A DNA stretch of 64,000 nucleotides from Escherichia phage vB_EcoM_IME392. A program made the position numbers and the translations under genes. The notes beneath the pieces are model-generated. The model did not search any database. It saw only the letters and a program-made list of their open reading frames with translations, and was not told where the DNA came from. This document shows positions 16,140-25,140 of this stretch, piece by piece. The DNA is taken from the sequence record MH719082.1, one strand, 5' to 3'. Numbering within the stretch: position 1 is the first letter of the stretch; each line of letters begins with the position of its first letter.

Positions 16140-16993
16140 GCCGACTCCAGTATCTTAGCCGTAACGGATCTGTTATATTTACCCAGTACACCATGGAAGT
16201 ACGGAGGGAATCTGAATCCTGGACAGAACTCTTCCAGAGTAGGTAGGATGCGCTGTTGCATCTGTACCTTAGACTCCTGTTCTTTAATGATGCTGTGGAC
16301 TTCTGTATCGGTTAGGATTCTGTCTAGACGCATCAGTTCCATATTAGAACGAATACGGAATTCAACCGATTGGCTTAAGCTACCATCTTTGTAGGCATTA
16401 ATCGCCTCCTTAACAGTGCTTAATCCAGTAGCCACTCCTGGAATGTTGTCGGAGCCGTCCCCGACGATGGCTTTGTAGATGAGATAATCCTTATGATCGT
16501 CCAGATCGTAGGTCTTCATTAACCAAGGAAGATCCACTAAACCATCGTCAGGATTTAAGACACAAGTATTCTCATTAATTGATAAGTACCAGTCACGGTC
16601 ACGAGAATGCAACATAACCGGACGTCCTGAATGAGCATAGTAGTAGCCTAAATCATCGGCTTCCACACCAGACACCTGGATACACTTAATACCCAATGCT
16701 GGGAAGATCTGCTCATGAAGTACATTCATAGCAGCCCACAATGCCTCAAAGCTCTCGTCATACTCACGATTAGCTTTATACTCCGGATTCTTATCTTTAG
16801 GCCTGTATCTCCACTTGCCTCGATCATATAGCATGATTAGCTCGGAGTTATATCCGTCTTCCTTAATCAACTTCGCTACACTACCAATAGTGGAGGAGAC
16901 CGTAGGACCTAAGTCCTGGGACTTACCGGCTGCGAACCAGTTACGAAGAGTCAGCCACTGACAATCGACTGGTATTAACGGGATGTCATTCAT
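16136..16993 (-). CDS. 5'-3' exonuclease / flap endonuclease (T4 RNase H-like)
   Basis: GVEADDLGYY and IVGDGSDNIPGV motifs of the FEN/Pol I 5'-nuclease family. ATGA-type overlap with the upstream gene. Confidence 0.85.
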   Translation of the reverse strand: MNDIPLIPVDCQWLTLRNWFAAGKSQDLGPTVSSTIGSVAKLIKEDGYNSELIMLYDRGKWRYRPKDKNPEYKANREYDESFEALWAAMNVLHEQIFPALGIKCIQVSGVEADDLGYYYAHSGRPVMLHSRDRDWYLSINENTCVLNPDDGLVDLPWLMKTYDLDDHKDYLIYKAIVGDGSDNIPGVATGLSTVKEAINAYKDGSLSQSVEFRIRSNMELMRLDRILTDTEVHSIIKEQESKVQMQQRILPTLEEFCPGFRFPPYFHGVLGKYNRSVTAKILESA

Positions 16994-17008
16994 AGTCTAC
17001 CTAGAGCG

Positions 17009-17038
17009 TCAAAAATAAAGGGACCGAAGTCCCTTTAT
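17009..17038 (-). terminator. Rho-independent terminator (UUCG loop)
   Basis: 10-bp stem ataaagggac / gtccctttat (17015-17024 / 17029-17038), loop cgaa, T-run on the minus strand (plus-strand aaaaa 17011-17015). Confidence 0.8.
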
Positions 17039-17045
17039 TAGTTAA

Positions 17046-18056
17046 TTAATTTTTACGGAACTTGGCGAAACGGGAAGCTGCACCACCTTCTTCCTGACCT
17101 TCGTCAGACTTATCTTCGCCGGCATCTTCGACTTTATCTTCAGACTTCTCTTCGGACTTAGTTTCAGATTTATCTTCACCAGCTTCGTCAGACTTAGCCT
17201 GATCTTCGGTAGGCTCGGACTTAGCGTCAGACTTAGTATCTTCAACTTTATCGTCTGATTTAGCTTCTTCAGCCTTAGCCTCTTCCTCAGCTTTGAGCTC
17301 TTCGAAGCCATCTTCACCAACTAACGGCAGACCCTTAGCCTTACGCTGGGAGCGAATTTCGTCCAGATCTTTACGGACACGCTTAACCAGACCTACGTAC
17401 TTATCTTTATCGAAACCTTCACGAATATAAGCCTGAGACAGAGGCTGGTAAGTCTGATCCACAACTACCGGATCAGCTTTGCTGAACAGCGGAGTGAAAG
17501 TTACAGATCCCTGGTTACCACGTACCACGGTAATTTTAACCGGAGATCCTTTGACGTCTTTATCCAGCATACCTTCCAGAACTTCTGGAGAGTCTTCCGC
17601 CAGCGCCGTAATGAAGTCGGTCAGTGCGTTAGCCACTTTACCGTTACCGATCACCGCATACAGAGTATTCGGCTTCCAGTTATCAGACGGAGTGTCGGTT
17701 TTCTGCAGGAAGAAGTAGAACAGGATGTTGTACTTCAGACCGTATTTCCAGTGATTGTACTCATTCAGCTCTTCGAGCATGTCATCCAGCTCGGCATAGT
17801 TGAAGTTCTCAGGAAGATCTTCACAGTCAGACGGAGTCTGAATACCATAACTGAAGTAACCGTGAGTACGGACTTCGCGATACAGGTTACCGACAGGGTC
17901 AGTGATGATACGACCCTGATGGCTACCTTCTGGTAAGAACGTAGCATTTGGGAAGTTACCGGTACCGCCGGACTTCTCTTTACGTTCTTTCATTTTACCT
18001 GCGAGGGCTTTGATACCGGCTACGTCTAACTTCTTAACTTGAGTTTGTTCAGTCAT
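17046..18056 (-). CDS. Putative ssDNA-binding protein (gp32-like organisation) with long acidic K/E/D/S tail
   Basis: N-terminus (AGIKALAGKMKE...ATFLPEG) loosely parallels T4 gp32 (AELAAQMAKLNG...IRFLPS). The C-terminal ~90 aa are low-complexity acidic (EEAKSDDKVEDTKSDAKSE...). Sits in the replication gene neighbourhood. Confidence 0.45.
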   Translation of the reverse strand: MTEQTQVKKLDVAGIKALAGKMKERKEKSGGTGNFPNATFLPEGSHQGRIITDPVGNLYREVRTHGYFSYGIQTPSDCEDLPENFNYAELDDMLEELNEYNHWKYGLKYNILFYFFLQKTDTPSDNWKPNTLYAVIGNGKVANALTDFITALAEDSPEVLEGMLDKDVKGSPVKITVVRGNQGSVTFTPLFSKADPVVVDQTYQPLSQAYIREGFDKDKYVGLVKRVRKDLDEIRSQRKAKGLPLVGEDGFEELKAEEEAKAEEAKSDDKVEDTKSDAKSEPTEDQAKSDEAGEDKSETKSEEKSEDKVEDAGEDKSDEGQEEGGAASRFAKFRKN

Positions 18057-18117
18057 CTTTGTGATCTCTATTTAAACAATGTTTCAACAATCATAATCAG
18101 AGTTGCCCTCTGACACC

Positions 18118-18148
18118 TTAACAGCCTTTCGACCCTCCAAAAGAGCGG
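18118..18148 (-). promoter_or_regulatory. Conserved promoter-like motif, copy 7
   Basis: Minus strand reads CCGCTCTTTTGGAGGGTCGAAAGGCTGTTAA followed by GGTGTCAGAGG, the same downstream string as copy 3. It lies about 60 nt before ATG 18056. Confidence 0.6.
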
Positions 18149-18152
18149 CGGA

Positions 18153-19193
18153 CTACACTTTACGCAATCGATCTATCATTTTAGCACGATGCTGCTCTTC
18201 TGTATTGATGATCGAGTACATACGAACCAACACTGACGGATCATTATCCACTCTGTTAGCCAACTTATCCAGAGCTCCTAAGTAGATACTGGTTTCTTCC
18301 TTGATTACCTTACGGACTGAGTCAGCGAAGGTAAATCCAATACTGTCTGGGTCGAACGTAATACCGTCCAGCATCACAGCCAGCATGACATTATCCTGGA
18401 AGATATCTGACTTAATGGAATCCAGCACGCTATTCTTGCGCACTGCTTCCAATATAGAAACTACCTTAGATACCTTCGGGAACCCTTTCCGGCCATTTAG
18501 TAATTCCAGGAAGGTAAAGAACTTGCCTATGTCTTTGATAGATGTGAGCAGCAGAAACAGTTCCGGATGGTGCTCTGCTAGGATCGACAGAAACATCATC
18601 TTCTCTGTATTCGTCTTAGGAATCAGATCCTGTATCGCTTTAATATCTACGTCGGTCACGATTGCTCCCATGTGTTCGAGTATGCGAGTCACGATGATCC
18701 TGTCTGTAAGATCAAGATGCTCGACCATAACCACTCCCCAGTCTAAATATAGCTGGATGATAGGTTTAAATCGTTTAGGGAGGAACTGATTCCAAAGATT
18801 AACATAGCGATGGACAGCTACCTCCTGTCGCACGCTGTAACTATTGCCTAACTCCAGAGCCTTGTAAAAATCTGAGTTCTCGGCTAATTCGGGTTCTAAC
18901 ATGTCGATCGATACTTGCTTTACTTCTTTCTTAATTATCGATTCTAGATGATCCCGAGTAACTTCTTCTGTAGTAGTTAACAGCATGTAGGTCAGGCTGG
19001 TTACTGCAGAAGATAATGCCTCTTCGGTCTGTCCTCTGAATTTATAATAAGTACACACCCGTCGGACGATCGCCAGGGATAGGGTGAATAGGGTACGAGA
19101 ATCCCTCTTCACTGAATTAATTTCCCTATTCACCAGTTCCACTAGCTTATCGACGGTAGCGTTCTCGAGGATCTCTACCATCTCTTTTATCAT
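18153..19193 (-). CDS. Hypothetical 346-aa protein
   Basis: Long ORF translationally coupled to the downstream genes. No motif recognised. Confidence 0.6.
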   Translation of the reverse strand: MIKEMVEILENATVDKLVELVNREINSVKRDSRTLFTLSLAIVRRVCTYYKFRGQTEEALSSAVTSLTYMLLTTTEEVTRDHLESIIKKEVKQVSIDMLEPELAENSDFYKALELGNSYSVRQEVAVHRYVNLWNQFLPKRFKPIIQLYLDWGVVMVEHLDLTDRIIVTRILEHMGAIVTDVDIKAIQDLIPKTNTEKMMFLSILAEHHPELFLLLTSIKDIGKFFTFLELLNGRKGFPKVSKVVSILEAVRKNSVLDSIKSDIFQDNVMLAVMLDGITFDPDSIGFTFADSVRKVIKEETSIYLGALDKLANRVDNDPSVLVRMYSIINTEEQHRAKMIDRLRKV

Positions 19194-19417
19194 TTAAATA
19201 TCTTCCTTAAGCCAGCATCTGGATCTCCTTCGTCAACCAGATCTTGCTTCATGCTAACAGCATCATTGATAGATATTTTGAACTCCTCGTCTGTTACACG
19301 AGTTATAGTTCCGTACTTACTTTCTATGGAATTACCTGGGCTGATGGAACTAAGCACCATGAATACCATAGCTTCGTTGGGCAGGGTACCTACGATATCG
19401 GACAGCTTTACACTCAT
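19190..19417 (-). CDS. Hypothetical 75-aa protein
   Basis: ORF in an operon context (4-nt overlap downstream). Confidence 0.5.
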   Translation of the reverse strand: MSVKLSDIVGTLPNEAMVFMVLSSISPGNSIESKYGTITRVTDEEFKISINDAVSMKQDLVDEGDPDAGLRKIFK

Positions 19418-19420
19418 ATA

Positions 19421-19870
19421 TTACCCCATACTTGATAAAGAGATAGACTTTTCGTCTAGTTCGCATACCTCCATGATTAAAATCAGGTATTCGTAATTAT
19501 CTTTATCGTTTATTAGTTTATCCATATTTAAGGTGATGGTGAACCGATCATCTATGCTAATAGCTTCCTTGACAGCATCTTCCACTGCTTTAATTAGGTT
19601 AGATACGTCACGAGTCCAGAATGACTGGCTAAACGAGAATATCATCCTAATATTCAGCATCACAGGCTTACCTTTATATACCAGGAAGTCTTCACGAGCT
19701 CCTTGCATATCTAGGGAGGATTTAACCCACTCTTTAAAGTCCTTGATGCTGGGGTCGAGATAGACCCATGATCTTCCTCCACGAGCCCTCCCGACTTTAT
19801 ACATCTCGTTTACGGAGGGGAAGTTCCCTCCGTATTGCAGCAGGTAGTTATGAGTTCCTAATACTTCCAT
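19421..19870 (-). CDS. RusA-family Holliday-junction resolvase
   Basis: PSVNEMYK (RusA P-S-x-N) and RDVSNLIKAVEDAVKEAISIDDRF (D-x-x-N..K...D......DD catalytic block). Confidence 0.7.
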   Translation of the reverse strand: MEVLGTHNYLLQYGGNFPSVNEMYKVGRARGGRSWVYLDPSIKDFKEWVKSSLDMQGAREDFLVYKGKPVMLNIRMIFSFSQSFWTRDVSNLIKAVEDAVKEAISIDDRFTITLNMDKLINDKDNYEYLILIMEVCELDEKSISLSSMG

Positions 19871-21129
19871 TAGTTCCTCCGGCCACCTCTGCCACCATAA
19901 GTCTGCATACGTGAGTATACATCACGACCGATCTGCTCGATTTCACCATGAGATCGCATAATCCATGGAGAACTAACTCCATCTTTACCACGACGGCATT
20001 TAGCTACTTTCAAGATCCCGCAGTGTTTCTCACTACGAGGACTCAGACCTACGGTTATCATCATATCCACGTTCTGCTGTTTACGAGCAGACTCACCAGC
20101 CGAGTCGATATTCAGTTCTTCCTCGCCCCAGTATTGAATCTTAGGCTGGGAAGCAACGAATACCAGACGAGCAGGTTCGTAGATAGGTTTAGCAATAGAT
20201 GTAAGTATGTCATAGATATGACCACCATCATCATACATGCTACCAGTTTCAGGACGCTTAAGGTTAGAGTCATAGTCGACTACCAGACAGTCATAGCGTT
20301 TCTTACCGCGGCAACTATCCAGATACTCTTCCAAATCTTCAGCACCTAAGCTACGAGACGGAACCGTAATCAGATCGATATAGTTCAGGATCTCACGAAC
20401 GTCGTCGGTGAGATGTTTATTAAGTTCGGCAACTACCTTGGCATAAGGAGTACCGGTGATCACTGCCGTAGCACGAGATAGGAAGTCATAGCGAGTTAAG
20501 TCTCCAAGAGCTACCCATAACGTGCGGCGACCCTGTGTAGCAAATCCGAGGACTTCCTGTAGCATGATAGCAGACTTACCACCACCAGGACGACCTACGA
20601 ACTGAATTACCTGACCAGGAATATAGCCATTGAATACTGATGCTTCAGTAACCACATCCAGAGTAGACTGGAATACGCCATCTAAACCACCGATGTCATG
20701 CTCCATTACAGTATCTACATCCAGACCACCCAGAGTATGTACCGGAATAGTTGAAGTAAGACTACGAGGAATCTCGCGAATCATATCAATCAACATTCCG
20801 GTATCTTCGGAGTTAGCCTTCATGATCTCGGTCAGTTTACGTTCCTGATAGAACTTGAAGAAGTTATTTACAATCTTCTCTATTTCTTTAGGATCCGTAA
20901 CCAGACGGAAGTTTTCAGCTAACTCCACAAAGTTAGATATGTCCTCGGCAGGACATATTTCACCAAGTATCGAATGAATTACAGCTGGGGTAGCATCCGG
21001 TAACTTAATACCGGACTCCACGAGGGCTCTTGCAATCTCAGTAGACCAGGGAAGATCATTAATAGTGAGTCCCATAGACTCTTTGATCTTAGGGTTAAAC
21101 AAACTTGCTACGTGTGTGATCTCTGACAT
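19870..21129 (-). CDS. DnaB-like / RecA-fold replicative helicase
   Basis: Walker A VGRPGGGKSAIMLQE, Walker B-like CLVVDYDS, N-terminal helical domain, replication neighbourhood. Confidence 0.65.
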   Translation of the reverse strand: MSEITHVASLFNPKIKESMGLTINDLPWSTEIARALVESGIKLPDATPAVIHSILGEICPAEDISNFVELAENFRLVTDPKEIEKIVNNFFKFYQERKLTEIMKANSEDTGMLIDMIREIPRSLTSTIPVHTLGGLDVDTVMEHDIGGLDGVFQSTLDVVTEASVFNGYIPGQVIQFVGRPGGGKSAIMLQEVLGFATQGRRTLWVALGDLTRYDFLSRATAVITGTPYAKVVAELNKHLTDDVREILNYIDLITVPSRSLGAEDLEEYLDSCRGKKRYDCLVVDYDSNLKRPETGSMYDDGGHIYDILTSIAKPIYEPARLVFVASQPKIQYWGEEELNIDSAGESARKQQNVDMMITVGLSPRSEKHCGILKVAKCRRGKDGVSSPWIMRSHGEIEQIGRDVYSRMQTYGGRGGRRN

Positions 21130-21138
21130 TTCTATGTC

Positions 21139-22779
21139 CTATTTGCGAAATGATACCTTAGCGTGACTGATTACTTTCAGTCTACTTTTAATAGTTTCCA
21201 TCTTGGACTTCATCTGCTTATTCAGCATATAGTTATGCTTATCGAAGAAGAGTCCTACCTTAACTGCATCACCACGAGCCGAACGACCGATCGTCTGAAT
21301 TACGCTCTTGTATGACTTACCAGTTAATGGTATAATAGAATCTAAGTTAGGGATGTCGATCCCTTCGGTACCTACGGATGTAGTAATCAGCACTTTGAAT
21401 GCTAAATCCTGAGCTAGTTCCTTGAGTTCATCAAGTCCCAACCCATCCGCTTCGCCTACAGGTGTCCAAACTACCGAACTCGAGAAGAATACAGTATCAA
21501 TTCCAATAGCATTCAGATTCTTAGCGATCTGAACACCATCCTCGACCTGCACCATCGGGATATAGGTTATTCCTTTACCACCGAATACTTCATTATAGGT
21601 TCGTTTAATAGCCTCAGCAGTCATCATGCTACCCATATGCAGGTACAAACTACCTAACATATACTCGGGTCGCTCTTTCTGATACTTGGCAATAACAGAT
21701 CTGTCTTCTGACATCTCAACCAGTATTTCTGTCAACTCTACCGGAACAGGTAGGTCGTGCTCAATAATGGATGGTCCGCAATATGCTAATACAGCCATCC
21801 CTTTACTTGATGCTCCGAACTTAAATCCTTCTACGAGTAAACTGACGCCTTCCAGAGAATCTCCGGTAGCCGTAGTTCCCCAGATATACTCGGGATCAAT
21901 TAGTTCGGTAAGTCTCTGCCAACCAGATGCAGAGAAGTGGTGAGCCTCGTCGGCTATAATACAGTTTACCTGTTTAAAGAACTCGGCATACTCACCTTTC
22001 TTGTATTTATTAGTTCTCTGGAGTCCAGCAGGATTAATAACGTTAATCGGGCTATTTACATCCAGATCCCACGGAATAGTTACCCCGTACTTCTCAGCAC
22101 GTAGAATAATCTCTTCCTTAACTCTGTTAGCGAAAGTATAGATTAGTACTTTCTCTGTCAGACCCGCTTCCAGTACAGATTCGGCAGTACCGATCAGCAG
22201 TTCTGTCTTACCAGCACCGGTATATAAGCCAATAATTCCGAACTTAGAGTGGCAGATAGCATCTGCTGCACTCATCTGAATTTTACCCTTCTCTGGCTTA
22301 GGGTGATTCTGATAGATATCTATCCATTTCTGGCTAAAGTTAAATGCTGGATCTTCCAGACTATTATCGAACTGGGTAGGATCATCAGCAGTAGCGAACG
22401 CTGTAGCTCCTGGAATTACATCAGCTCCAGAGTTAATCAGCTGATATAACATCTGACCGACGCCTAATTGGCAGTTAACCTCTCCAGAGAATAGACTCGT
22501 ATATTTAATTTCTTTACGAGTCGGTAACATTCTCTTCATCCGCCAATTGTATTCCATAACATCTTCGATGGCGGTAGCGAACATGTGAATCTGTTTCAGA
22601 GCTTCCTGATCGTCAGCCGTGATCTTGCACAGCATACGAGGCTCGCGAGTAAAATGTACATTGTACGTTTTACCTACAGACTCGTTCTTAATCTTGGCCA
22701 GTTCCATGCGGATAGCTTTAGACACATCCGGATTTACTTTAGCCTTCTTACCTACAAGATCCTCTAGCTTTACAGACAT
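21139..22779 (-). CDS. Superfamily-2 DEAH-box helicase (UvsW/ResIII-like)
   Basis: Motif I YTGAGKTE, motif II IIADEAHHF, motif III TTATGD, GTEGIDIPN, motif VI QTIGRSARG. Confidence 0.8.
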   Translation of the reverse strand: MSVKLEDLVGKKAKVNPDVSKAIRMELAKIKNESVGKTYNVHFTREPRMLCKITADDQEALKQIHMFATAIEDVMEYNWRMKRMLPTRKEIKYTSLFSGEVNCQLGVGQMLYQLINSGADVIPGATAFATADDPTQFDNSLEDPAFNFSQKWIDIYQNHPKPEKGKIQMSAADAICHSKFGIIGLYTGAGKTELLIGTAESVLEAGLTEKVLIYTFANRVKEEIILRAEKYGVTIPWDLDVNSPINVINPAGLQRTNKYKKGEYAEFFKQVNCIIADEAHHFSASGWQRLTELIDPEYIWGTTATGDSLEGVSLLVEGFKFGASSKGMAVLAYCGPSIIEHDLPVPVELTEILVEMSEDRSVIAKYQKERPEYMLGSLYLHMGSMMTAEAIKRTYNEVFGGKGITYIPMVQVEDGVQIAKNLNAIGIDTVFFSSSVVWTPVGEADGLGLDELKELAQDLAFKVLITTSVGTEGIDIPNLDSIIPLTGKSYKSVIQTIGRSARGDAVKVGLFFDKHNYMLNKQMKSKMETIKSRLKVISHAKVSFRK

Positions 22780-22781
22780 AA

Positions 22782-23300
22782 TTACTCCTCTTTACTCTGG
22801 TAAAGTAACTGGATATCTGCCGAGTTCTCGACATATTCCTGAGCTATTCGAATAGCTCTAACGACCATAGCCTTCTCTCCCCAGCTTAGGAATTCTGGGG
22901 TAGCAGCCATCTTAACTACTAACTCGCGAGAAAGATCTTCGATACACTTAATCTTGTTCGAGACCTTAGGGAACGCAAGTCTATTATTAATAGTTATACG
23001 ATCAGCAGGAATCTGGGTGAAGGTCTCGCTGAATAGTCTATCGAAATCTCCGATATTTAATTCAGTGAAATAACCCTTACCCTCTTCTGTATCGAATATA
23101 CCATGAACAACTACTTCTTGTCGAATAGATACATTTAGTAAGTACTTCGAGTTCAACAAGATAACGTAGATGCTCGAATAGCTCCGAAGATCTCGTTTCC
23201 ATGCTGATAGGGACTCAGTAGGTGATCCCTTGTATTCTACTCCCGAATTCAGAAGCATCTTACAAAATGGGTCTAGGCTGTTAATTACTACAGTACTCAT
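22782..23300 (-). CDS. Hypothetical 172-aa protein
   Basis: I place the start at ATG 23300 (GAGGAGAATACA-ATG). The track's GTG at 23321 would sit on the promoter -10 region. Confidence 0.55.
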   Translation of the reverse strand: MSTVVINSLDPFCKMLLNSGVEYKGSPTESLSAWKRDLRSYSSIYVILLNSKYLLNVSIRQEVVVHGIFDTEEGKGYFTELNIGDFDRLFSETFTQIPADRITINNRLAFPKVSNKIKCIEDLSRELVVKMAATPEFLSWGEKAMVVRAIRIAQEYVENSADIQLLYQSKEE

Positions 23301-23324
23301 TGTATTCTCCTCACGTGCCACAGT

Positions 23325-23355
23325 TTAACAGCCTTTCGACGCTAATTAAAGGTGG
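23325..23355 (-). promoter_or_regulatory. Conserved promoter-like motif, copy 8
   Basis: Minus strand reads CCACCTTTAATTAGCGTCGAAAGGCTGTTAA followed by ACT. It lies 24 nt before ATG 23300. Confidence 0.55.
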
Positions 23356-23657
23356 TCTTTAACAGTTCCCAGGATAGCTTCTCTGGTGTGGATTAGGCCA
23401 GATCGATTAATCTCTACTTTGGTGGTAGTCACCATTTCGAATACTTCCAGCTCAATACCAGGATGAGCCATGCATGTATGAATCAATACAGACAGAGCAT
23501 CATCATAGCTGGGATAACCAGTGGCATATTTATGATTGTCGTTCCACAGGCGGTCGGTTGCATGCCTGCGTTCGCTGATGTAAGATATCTTACCTTCTTT
23601 CATCCGGCCTACATAATACTTAGCTTCGGAATTATCCGAAATATGTAACGTTTCCAT
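23346..23657 (-). CDS. Hypothetical 103-aa protein
   Basis: Start placed at ATG 23657 (AGGAGAAATT-ATG, METLHISDN...). Confidence 0.5.
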   Translation of the reverse strand: METLHISDNSEAKYYVGRMKEGKISYISERRHATDRLWNDNHKYATGYPSYDDALSVLIHTCMAHPGIELEVFEMVTTTKVEINRSGLIHTREAILGTVKDHL

Positions 23658-23701
23658 AATTTCTCCTAATGGGGAGTTTTTACCTCCCCCGAGCAAAGGT
23701 A

Positions 23702-23947
23702 TTAGAATGGGCTATGACGAGATTCCGTTACTTGCAGACCGGAGAGGATCTGACCGATAAAGTCATAGCTTACACCATCTTCTACAGATGTAATCTTAAC
23801 TTCATTGGTATTTTCGATCTTCTGGCCAGTTGCCAGTAATCCGTTAGGGAGGACGACGCCTACGAATTCACGAGTATCGACTGGCTTACGAAAGTGCTTC
23901 TTAGCTGGTTTCTTATGTCTCATGAACGGATTGTTATTATAAGGCAT
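23702..23947 (-). CDS. Hypothetical 81-aa basic protein
   Basis: ORF in an operon; overlaps the upstream ORF by 11 nt. Confidence 0.45.
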   Translation of the reverse strand: MPYNNNPFMRHKKPAKKHFRKPVDTREFVGVVLPNGLLATGQKIENTNEVKITSVEDGVSYDFIGQILSGLQVTESRHSPF

Positions 23948-24254
23948 TGTCTGATTCCCCTTTTATAGTATGATCTTTGAAAACTCTTAAACTATACGGA
24001 TTCTCTATTTCTTCGAACTGTAGACCATCAAAGCCATGTATCATATTCACATAGTTCATACTATACATAGTAATTCTGATTTGCCAGATCGTCGAATTAG
24101 AGGACTTACGAAATACTCTACACGGCTCACTAACTACAGCACCCTTAATCTTCCCAAGTTCCCTGAGAATACCAGTTATGTCCTCGATCTCGCAGAACGA
24201 TTGAAAGATGCGGGATGGACATCGTCTTATGGGACTAACGTCTGAACCATACAT
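23937..24254 (-). CDS. Hypothetical 105-aa protein
   Basis: First ORF downstream of motif copy 9. Confidence 0.45.
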   Translation of the reverse strand: MYGSDVSPIRRCPSRIFQSFCEIEDITGILRELGKIKGAVVSEPCRVFRKSSNSTIWQIRITMYSMNYVNMIHGFDGLQFEEIENPYSLRVFKDHTIKGESDNAL

Positions 24255-24310
24255 AATTTTACATAATAGGTAAGTTGGACACAGAAGGACGCAGTCACGC
24301 CTCCACCGTT

Positions 24311-24341
24311 TTAACAGCCTTTTAGGTCATTAAAACGGCGG
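24311..24341 (-). promoter_or_regulatory. Conserved promoter-like motif, copy 9
   Basis: Minus strand reads CCGCCGTTTTAATGACCTAAAAGGCTGTTAA followed by AAC. Confidence 0.55.
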
Positions 24342-24348
24342 AGTTCAA

Positions 24349-25140
24349 TCAGTACCGAGGATCAGTATCCTGATAGTCGCGAATTAGGTCATAGACGAGC
24401 ACATCCAGACGAGTAGCATCTTCACGTTTCATGCGGGTAGGTCTGTACATATGGATACATACACAATGCTTAGACCAGACCTTAGCAGTCTGACGCTCCG
24501 TAAGTTCTTTACGGTCGATAATGTACTTCTCGAATGCGTGATAAGAGATAGGCTTTGATACTTCGACATGCTGGCACATATCGAGGAACTGCGGGTAGTC
24601 GTCAGTTAAGAAGCGACTGAATACGTCCTGGTAATAAGAGTAGTTAGGGAATTTACCACCCTGCTCCAGAGATAACGCATGAGTCTCGATCTCCTTCAAC
24701 ATCAGAGCCATAAATTCCTGATTATTGCTGGGAGAGGTCCACATGTTTATCTCGCAGTAATCTAACCGAGGGGAATAAACACGTACCTGAGTCTCGTGAG
24801 GAGTATACGTTTCGTGAGGGCTTCTGATAAAGAGAGTATCAGCATCTACATAGGAGTAACCACGAAGATCCATCATTACCTGAATCTTGAGTCGCAGATA
24901 GTCACATACAGAGGCCATCTTAGCCTTAGTTTTCAGGATATTATACGCCTTCTCCATAATAGGATCTCTGGCGAATAAATCCTGGATCATAACGCAACGG
25001 CAACCTTCGATAATATTCTCTTCGTTATCGATCACCAGTACATGATCATTAGGTCCGTATTTCTGTAAGGACTTAATGCATTCCCGAACATGGATAGGCA
25101 TTTTGGGTCCTACCCAAAGCTGGAAATAATTCTGACTCAT
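24349..25140 (-). CDS. GT32-like (DXD sugar-binding) glycosyltransferase
   Basis: FQLWVGPKMP (GT32 N-terminal IWIG..lP), ASVCDYLRLKI (SD.lRy block), YSYVDADTLF (DxD). RBS GAGGT lies before ATG 25140. Confidence 0.55.
   Translation of the reverse strand: MSQNYFQLWVGPKMPIHVRECIKSLQKYGPNDHVLVIDNEENIIEGCRCVMIQDLFARDPIMEKAYNILKTKAKMASVCDYLRLKIQVMMDLRGYSYVDADTLFIRSPHETYTPHETQVRVYSPRLDYCEINMWTSPSNNQEFMALMLKEIETHALSLEQGGKFPNYSYYQDVFSRFLTDDYPQFLDMCQHVEVSKPISYHAFEKYIIDRKELTERQTAKVWSKHCVCIHMYRPTRMKREDATRLDVLVYDLIRDYQDTDPRY

Noticed and set aside
17042-17320. 92-aa alternative-frame ORF (K/L/S-rich) in the SSB-like gene tail.
   Set aside because: It is generated by the short-repeat DNA that encodes the acidic tail. 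It lies on the same strand in a different frame and has no independent start context.
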